Shown here piece by piece: positions 52,602-64,000 of a stretch of DNA of 64,000 nucleotides. Position 1 is the stretch's first letter, and each line of letters starts with the position of its first letter. Under the pieces are notes generated by a model, which did no database searches, had not been told where the DNA came from, and was given only the letters and a program-made list of their open reading frames with translations. The position numbers were made by a program, and so were the translations under genes. Source of the DNA: a bacterium (lineage in GTDB: Bacteria > UBA8248); contig CBDBZY010000007.1 in NCBI GenBank assembly GCA_965213685.1, positions 320,001-384,000 of the forward strand, in the 5' to 3' direction.

Positions 52602-53519
52602 TCACTCTTCCTTCTGTTTCGCTGCCATCTTTGCCACATAGTTTCTGTACGGCTGGTCTGTGCCACAAATTACATCCCAAAACAGGAAGAAGGAGCCATA
52701 GTTGCCAGTGTTGTGTGAGTGGTGGAAGTTGTGGACAGCAGCTCCAGGACGGAAGGGGAAGTAGCGGTAGGGCATGAACCAAAAGTCATAGCCAGAATGC
52801 CCGTCCACTCCCTCCACCAGCCTCACCGCCAGCCACAGCCAGAGAGTCTTCACGTGAGCCCTGAAGAGGAGAGGTCCGAGGAAGAGAGGCACGGTGTTGG
52901 CCAGCAGCAGTTCTAGTGGGTGAGTGTACTCCACTGCAAAGCCAATGGGAGCGTGGTAGCGATGGTGGAACTTGTGGATGGGCTTGTAGAGGAGACAAGT
53001 GTGGAGGAGCCTGTGCGTCCAGTAGAATAGGGCGTCTTCAATGAGATAGAAGATGGCCAGTTGGAGGAGAAGCTCAGGCCTGAGGGGAAGTGAGAGAGAA
53101 GAGAGGGACAAGCTTGAGAATGGAGCGTAAGGGGAGGAGAAAATGCTGAGTCATTGGTGTGGTTACCATGGAGGTAGAGGTCCTTCCAATGGCATTTCTC
53201 TCCACTTGATTATGGCATACACAATTGAGAGGGCGGGGCACTGCACGAGGTGCAGGATGCTCACGTGACGGATACACTGCCAAATGTCGGGATCAGCACG
53301 AGACGTTCTGGGCTGGAGAAAATAGTGTACTGATCACATCCGTGTCTTTTCATCATCACTAAGGATACGTACCTGGTTTTCAATTCTGGCCTCCTGGAAA
53401 AACCCGTAACGCTCAATTACCACCAGGGCTGACCCCAGAATGGACACGATAGCGGAATGCAGTCCCGTTGTCACGCCAATGAACCATACCAATTCGCTCC
53501 AGTTCCAGGGATCCGACAT
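52602..53519 (-). CDS. Fatty-acid hydroxylase superfamily, C-4 methylsterol oxidase (MSMO1/ERG25)-like; 3 exons
   Basis: His boxes HRLLH, HKFHH, HNFHH; EYTHPLE, VDGHSGYDF, GNYGSFF..WD.ICGTD. Exact orthology unresolved. Confidence 0.88.
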
Positions 53520-53567
53520 CTCCGTCTCGCTCCACCTTTTAGCCCCTCCTTCAACGGCTAATCCTAG

Positions 53568-53607
53568 TGCGCATGCGTGCGCTCGCGTGGTTGATATTTC
53601 TATATAA
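53568..53607. promoter_or_regulatory. NRF1-like TGCGCATGCG and TATATAA in the 116-bp bidirectional promoter
   Basis: Motifs at 53568-53577 and 53601-53607. Confidence 0.5.
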
Positions 53608-53635
53608 CGCCCTTCCCTCAGTACTCCAATCAGAG

Positions 53636-55246
53636 ATGGAGGCTAAAACACCTGGAAGCCTGGAGATCAGGGCACTATTCGTCGCCTGCATCAAGCAGTG
53701 TAGCAGTGCTGATGTGGACGCTCTGAAAAGTACATTTTTGGAGGCGGAGGGAAGCGAGGGCGACAAGAAATCGATTTTGGAACAAGCGTTTCGTGACGTG
53801 TTGGGCAAGAGAATGGCAGCTGGCGGCGCGGCGCAAGTGACCCAGTGCACTGACCTGGTCCTGCTGGCCATCAGCGCCGCGCGGCTAGGCGTGTGCTACC
53901 ACACCCTCCCGTTCATCATCCTCAGCGACGTACTGGAGTGTCTCACGCTGGACCTGTGCGAGAGGGTGTTTGATTTTGTGGAGAATCACGTGTCCACCTG
54001 GATCCAGCCCGAGTTTTACAGCTCGGGGAAGATCCTGCTATTAAGGATGTCTAATGACCTCCTTCGAAGACTATCATCTGCCCAGAACACCATCTTCTGT
54101 GGCCGTATTCAGCTTTTTCTTGCACGGCTCTTCCCCCTCTCTGAGAAGTCAGCGCTGAATCTGATGAGCCACTTCAACGTTGAGAACGTCACAACCTATA
54201 ACAAGGAGGTGGGCATGGGGGGGGAGGCGGAGGAGGGAGGGGAACTGGCAATGGAGGAAGGAAGAGAGGAAGGTGAGATGATGGAGGTTGAAGATAACTC
54301 AGCTTTGCCGGTAGACTTCAACCTTTACCACAAGTTGTGGGCGCTACAGGATCTGTTCTGCCTCCCCTCGCAATGTTACAACTCTGACCAGTGGAAGCTA
54401 CTGACCACGAATGTTGATGAAGTGCTTAGGGCTTTCTCTAGCTTCAAACTGGAGGATGTTCAGGGCTCCGGGAAGAGGCGGCAGCGAAAGTCCAGTATTG
54501 TCGAGTATGCTGAATCCCATTACTTTGCCAAGTTTCTCACTAGTGAAAAATTGATGAACTTACAACTTCGTGACAGTCACTTCCGCCGTCACATTCTCTT
54601 GCAGCTCTTGGTCCTCTTCCAATACCTCTCCGCTGATGTCAAGTTCAAGACATCCTCCCAGCAGCTGCAGGACAGCCAGGCAGTCTGGGTCAAGGAAACG
54701 GCAGAAAAGGTGTATCAACTGCTGGAGGAGACCCCACCACAGGGGGCGGAGTTTGCTGCTTACGTCCGCCACGTCTTGAAACAAGAAGAGAATTGGGTGG
54801 CCTGGAAGAACGAGAGTTGTCCATCCTACGAGAAACCACCGCTAGCTGAAGGTGAGCAGGTCCAGTATCCTCCCATGGAGCACATGGTGGATACCCACGC
54901 CAGGGGATCACAACGCAGGCACAACTTGGGCAACACAGAGCTGAGCCGACTGTGGAACTTGTGTCCTGACAACCTGGAAGCTTGTCGCAAGAAGAGCCGA
55001 AAATTCGTTCCCGACATGGAGAAGTTTCTTGCAGAGCCAATTGAGCAGGCAGACCCAGATGCCAGGATCGAGGCAGAGTACAAGATCATCAACAACCCAA
55101 ATTTCTCGTGGCAAGCTCTTCGCCTTCTTTCCCAGAGCAGCCCACACTTCTTCCAGAACACTACAGCTCAGATAAAGCCTCTTTCAGAGTATCTGGAGCA
55201 CGTCATAGTTCAGACGGGCAAAGACATGCACGGCACCACGCAGTGA
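53636..55246 (+). CDS. THOC1: THO complex subunit 1 (Hpr1), single exon
   Basis: GKILLLRMSNDLLRRLS, FCGRIQLFLARLFPLSEKSALNL, YFAKFLTSEKLMNLQLRDSHFRRH, EENWVAWKNESC, LGNTELSRLW, WQALRLLS; uninterrupted ORF. Confidence 0.96.
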   Translation: MEAKTPGSLEIRALFVACIKQCSSADVDALKSTFLEAEGSEGDKKSILEQAFRDVLGKRMAAGGAAQVTQCTDLVLLAISAARLGVCYHTLPFIILSDVLECLTLDLCERVFDFVENHVSTWIQPEFYSSGKILLLRMSNDLLRRLSSAQNTIFCGRIQLFLARLFPLSEKSALNLMSHFNVENVTTYNKEVGMGGEAEEGGELAMEEGREEGEMMEVEDNSALPVDFNLYHKLWALQDLFCLPSQCYNSDQWKLLTTNVDEVLRAFSSFKLEDVQGSGKRRQRKSSIVEYAESHYFAKFLTSEKLMNLQLRDSHFRRHILLQLLVLFQYLSADVKFKTSSQQLQDSQAVWVKETAEKVYQLLEETPPQGAEFAAYVRHVLKQEENWVAWKNESCPSYEKPPLAEGEQVQYPPMEHMVDTHARGSQRRHNLGNTELSRLWNLCPDNLEACRKKSRKFVPDMEKFLAEPIEQADPDARIEAEYKIINNPNFSWQALRLLSQSSPHFFQNTTAQIKPLSEYLEHVIVQTGKDMHGTTQ

Positions 55247-55503
55247 CCCACACGCACACACACAGCATGCAGCCTGTTCACCTCCAGACACTTCTATTCT
55301 CTTTGATCGGTTACATACATTATTTCTGAGTGTGCGGTATTGTTTTGTGAGGTGATCTTCTGTTGTAGTATCTTCTCTCATTAAAGTGAAGAGTGTGTGG
55401 AATTCCTGGTATCATGAACAATTTGGAATTTCCCTGCCATAGTTGCAAAGTACCTGAACTCCTTTTAGCATGAAACCTTGTCATGACAGCTTGTGCATGC
55501 ATA

Positions 55504-55708
55504 CTGTATAGCAGGTATTTTTCGGGGGGGGGGGGGGGGTAAAATTTTTGTGGTTTTCATGGCTGAGAGGCCAACCATGAAATTTTTACCCACAAAACAG
55601 TACTGCATAGTACCGGGGTGTGGTTTAGTATACTGTGACCACGAAAATGTTTCCACAAACTATTCACTGCTCACAAAGTTTACCCCCAGAAAAATACCCG
55701 CTATACAG
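55504..55708. mobile_element. Tc1/mariner-type MITE with TA target-site duplication
   Basis: TA|CTGTATAGCAGGTATTTTTCGGGGG ... CCCCCAGAAAAATACCCGCTATACAG|TA; ~25-bp TIRs, no coding capacity. Confidence 0.85.
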
Positions 55709-56051
55709 TATATTGCCCGGACTCCAGTAGTTCAATACTCGCCCAGCATTGGCAGTGGAACTGGAATCACATTATTTACTGTAATGTATAACTGCCTTCC
55801 ATTGTATACCTACTCCCCTGGAAATTCCAAGTAAAAAAAAAAAAATTAATTCCTCTCCCCTTAGTAAGTAGGGTTATGATACAAATCATCCAGTGGTTTT
55901 TGGTACATGTATGGTAACATGCGAGACAATAGACAATATCATGCACCAATGTCTGACTGATGGTCACAGCTCACAGCACCACCTGAGGAGGGGAGGGAGA
56001 GGGGACACACACAAGTCAGCCCAATTCTCTACGCGAGGAGCGTTCCCTTAC

Positions 56052-56762
<711 letters not shown>

Positions 56763-56919
56763 CTATGCCATGTGCTCAGAAAAGAATCCGGCGAACGCTC
56801 ACGTGATAGATGATGCTGACCTTCGACCTCGACCGGACACCGTAGATTAGTGACCTTTGACCCTGACCTGTAGTGCTGACGCATTCTGTTGCCCGTTCCT
56901 AGACCTTCTGACTGTGGCA

Positions 56920-58174
56920 ATGCCGAAGGTAAAGAGAACGAAGAAAAGGCCTCCGGAGGGATGGGAACTGATTGAGCCAACGCTAGACGAATTAGAGCAG
57001 AAGCTAAGGGAGGGTGAGTTGTGTCAGGGAGCTCTAAATAGAGTGTTTGAATCTCTCCCGTGTTTTGTGGACACAGCTGAGGCAGAGACACATGAGGGAA
57101 AGAGAAGAGTGGAAGCTCTGTGGCCAATCTTCAAGTGAGTATCAACCAACACACAGCACCTGGTGAATAATCCATACTGTTACCTATTCTCCCAGGATCC
57201 ATCACCAGCGCTCCCGGTATGTGTACGAACTGTTCTTCAAGAGGAGAGCTATCAGCAGAGGTATGACTGTCTCACCCTCCGTCCTCTGAACCACCACCCG
57301 CTGGCTGGAATGTATACACAATAGCTTAGAGACTCCTAGTTTGCAAAGTTTGCAGCCTGACAGTCTCACTGACAGAAGCACCTCCCATGGCCTCACATGG
57401 TATCAGACAGCCCCAACATGCCCTAACTGACGATTCAATTTACTGTGTTTACATTTTTCACCTTATTTCTCAACCTTAACTGTCCAGCATAGGTCATCCT
57501 GTTGTTTCTACCTCATTCTACCCCCCTCCCTCCACACACACATGCACGCACGCACACACACACACACACACACAATCTTTTTATCTCCAGAACTGTACGA
57601 GTATTGTCTCAATGAAGGCTACGCAGACAGAAACCTTATAGCCAAATGGAAAAAGGTAGACCCACCCTAGACAAAGCCATAGGACCCCACAACCATACCC
57701 TCTTTCTCTGCCTTCTGTGTTGACTGAATGGGGCAAGAGACAGCTCTGGTTCACCACAGTAAATGTTATTAGGTGGTGGAGTAGAACTGTGGGTTCTTTG
57801 TAATGGTGAACCTTGAATGGTTGGTCTGGGATTGTGAGTGTGACTGGTTCCCTGTGGTCTCTTCTTGCCTTGCCAGGCTGGCTACGAGAACTTGTGTTGC
57901 CTGCGGTGTATCCAGCCACGAGACACCAACTTTGGAACCACATGCATCTGCCGCGTCCCCAAGAGCAAACTGGAAACCGTGAGTTATATACTTCACTTAA
58001 ATCTCAATGGTTTGTTGTGCCCTCCCTCCCTTCCTCGCTTCTCCTTCCCTCCCCTCCCCTCTTCTCTTATCCTTATCCTTTCCCTCTCCTCTCTTCCTCC
58101 TCCCTTCCTCCTTACTCCCACAGGGCAAAATAGTGGAATGCGTTCACTGTGGCTGCAAGGGCTGCTCGGGATAG
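56920..58174 (+). CDS. BUD31: BUD31 (G10) spliceosomal zinc-cluster protein; 6 coding exons
   Basis: [30 protein letters not shown]|[55 protein letters not shown]. Confidence 0.98.
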
Positions 58175-58636
58175 CACAAAAGACTAACTCTTTTCATTTT
58201 GAACTCTCACTGTTCCTTATGACATCACATTCCTCTCTCGTTCTTGGTAATGCACACTCAAAAAAATTTATAATACAGTCTTTGTATGTGTGTATATTGC
58301 CTGATGATAAATATGGCAAAAGGTGGTGTATATGTACATGCATAGGTGGGCTCTAAATCGCTGTGGGAATGATGCACGAGGTACCATTCTTGTGAGTCAT
58401 GACTGCACGGAAGAAGATGCCATCGTAGAAATATTTATACTGGAGTACACAGTGTGGTGCTGCTGTCTGTACATGTAGGGCAGGGAACAGCATAACTTGT
58501 GTAATGGAATCACTAGTTCATGAGAAGGACATTACTGCATGCACAAACAGGTGGAACTAGAACATGGCAGCAGGTGTGAGATGGTCCTGCCATTATCAGA
58601 TTATGCTATACACTACCTGTGGCTTTCCCAGGGTCA

Positions 58637-63003
<4,367 letters not shown>

Positions 63004-63022
63004 TGGTGACTACCATACCAAC

Positions 63023-63093
<71 letters not shown>

Positions 63094-64000
63094 ATGCGTA
63101 TGCATGTGCATGTGTATGTGTGATAGATATGCCTATCATTCCCTGTACCTGATCTCTGTCTGAGCTCTGGTGAGCAGCCGAGTGCAACCCTCTCCTTCTC
63201 TGTGACCTTCTCACCTCTCGTTTGGCCTAAACAAAATGAGTGAAAGGTAAAGGTCAGAGGACACATGCCTATAGCAACCTCTCCCCCCAAAAATACTTTT
63301 CTACAAGAACCCTGCACTCGTGTTTCGACTGGCCAACAGAAGGCAACAAAAGATGCTAATGAGGAAGTTGTATTGACACGAACCAAAAACAGCTTTTGAA
63401 ATGTGAAAAATGTGTCCTCACCCGCTGGACCTGCTCCTGAAGCTGGGTGAACTCCAACCTCTTTTTTCTCAGCTCTGCCTGCAGGGGAAACAAGGGACCA
63501 GCTCCAGCCACAACTATGCCTGCTGCTGCAGTGATAATGAGCTGCTTTATTCAATAAGGAACACTCAGAATTCACGCGCAAGGCTTCAGCTGAAATGCAT
63601 TTTTAGATGAATACTGCAGTCACCCCCCAGGGAGGGAGGGAGGGAGCTCGAGGGAGGGAGGGGTGAGAGGCAAAGGAAAGAGAAATTGAAAAGAGTCTCT
63701 CTTTCTCCCATGCTTCGCATCCAAGCGTGTGAGCAGGGTACCGTCCTTGTATGGCTTCCAGTTGTAACTTAATAGGGAATTAGTAATGGATGGGCGATTT
63801 GTAAGGCTTCGGAGTGGCCATCTGTGTACACAGGTGCACAGCGGGAGGGGCAGGTCTTGATAAGAGTCTGGATAAAAGGTGGGAATGGGGACCAGAGGAG
63901 GAGAATAGTGGGCTGTGCATTAATGGAAGAAACATCTCTCCCTCGTGATCTTGAGGTGGTCTCATGCCTCAGAAGTATACATACATATATAGAAGGCACC

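Noticed and set aside
56763-56771. Minimal uORF ATG GCA TAG upstream of RPS9
   Set aside because: It may lie in a 5'UTR intron or upstream of the TSS; cannot be placed without transcript data.

Overview
Gene-dense, intron-rich eukaryotic (animal) DNA; compact intergenic spacers, microsatellite-filled introns and the gene set suggest an early-branching metazoan such as a demosponge (inference only). I can support 18 protein-coding loci: RPS2, a DUF1295 steroid-reductase-like gene, a membrane-anchored JmjC oxygenase, two orphan/FAM167-like coiled-coil genes, a large TIR-like/PDZ/pseudo-Roc/COR/Death gene, GET4, RBBP6, DPH7, an HhH glycosylase-fold protein, a Nop6-like RRM protein, a myristoylated beta-trefoil protein, AP5Z1, an MSMO1/ERG25-like sterol oxidase, intronless THOC1, RPS9, BUD31 and a divergent PALB2-like gene (5' end uncertain). 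Fourteen of them sit in seven head-to-head pairs with about 100-245 bp between start codons. Most long ORFs in the supplied track are microsatellite artefacts. Best leads: the catalytically degenerate ROCO-like signalling protein, a possible RPS9 splicing/NMD autoregulatory layout, the PALB2 homologue, and intron ends built from microsatellites. No rRNA, tRNA or CRISPR array was found. Gene identities come from recognising motifs by eye, not from database searches.
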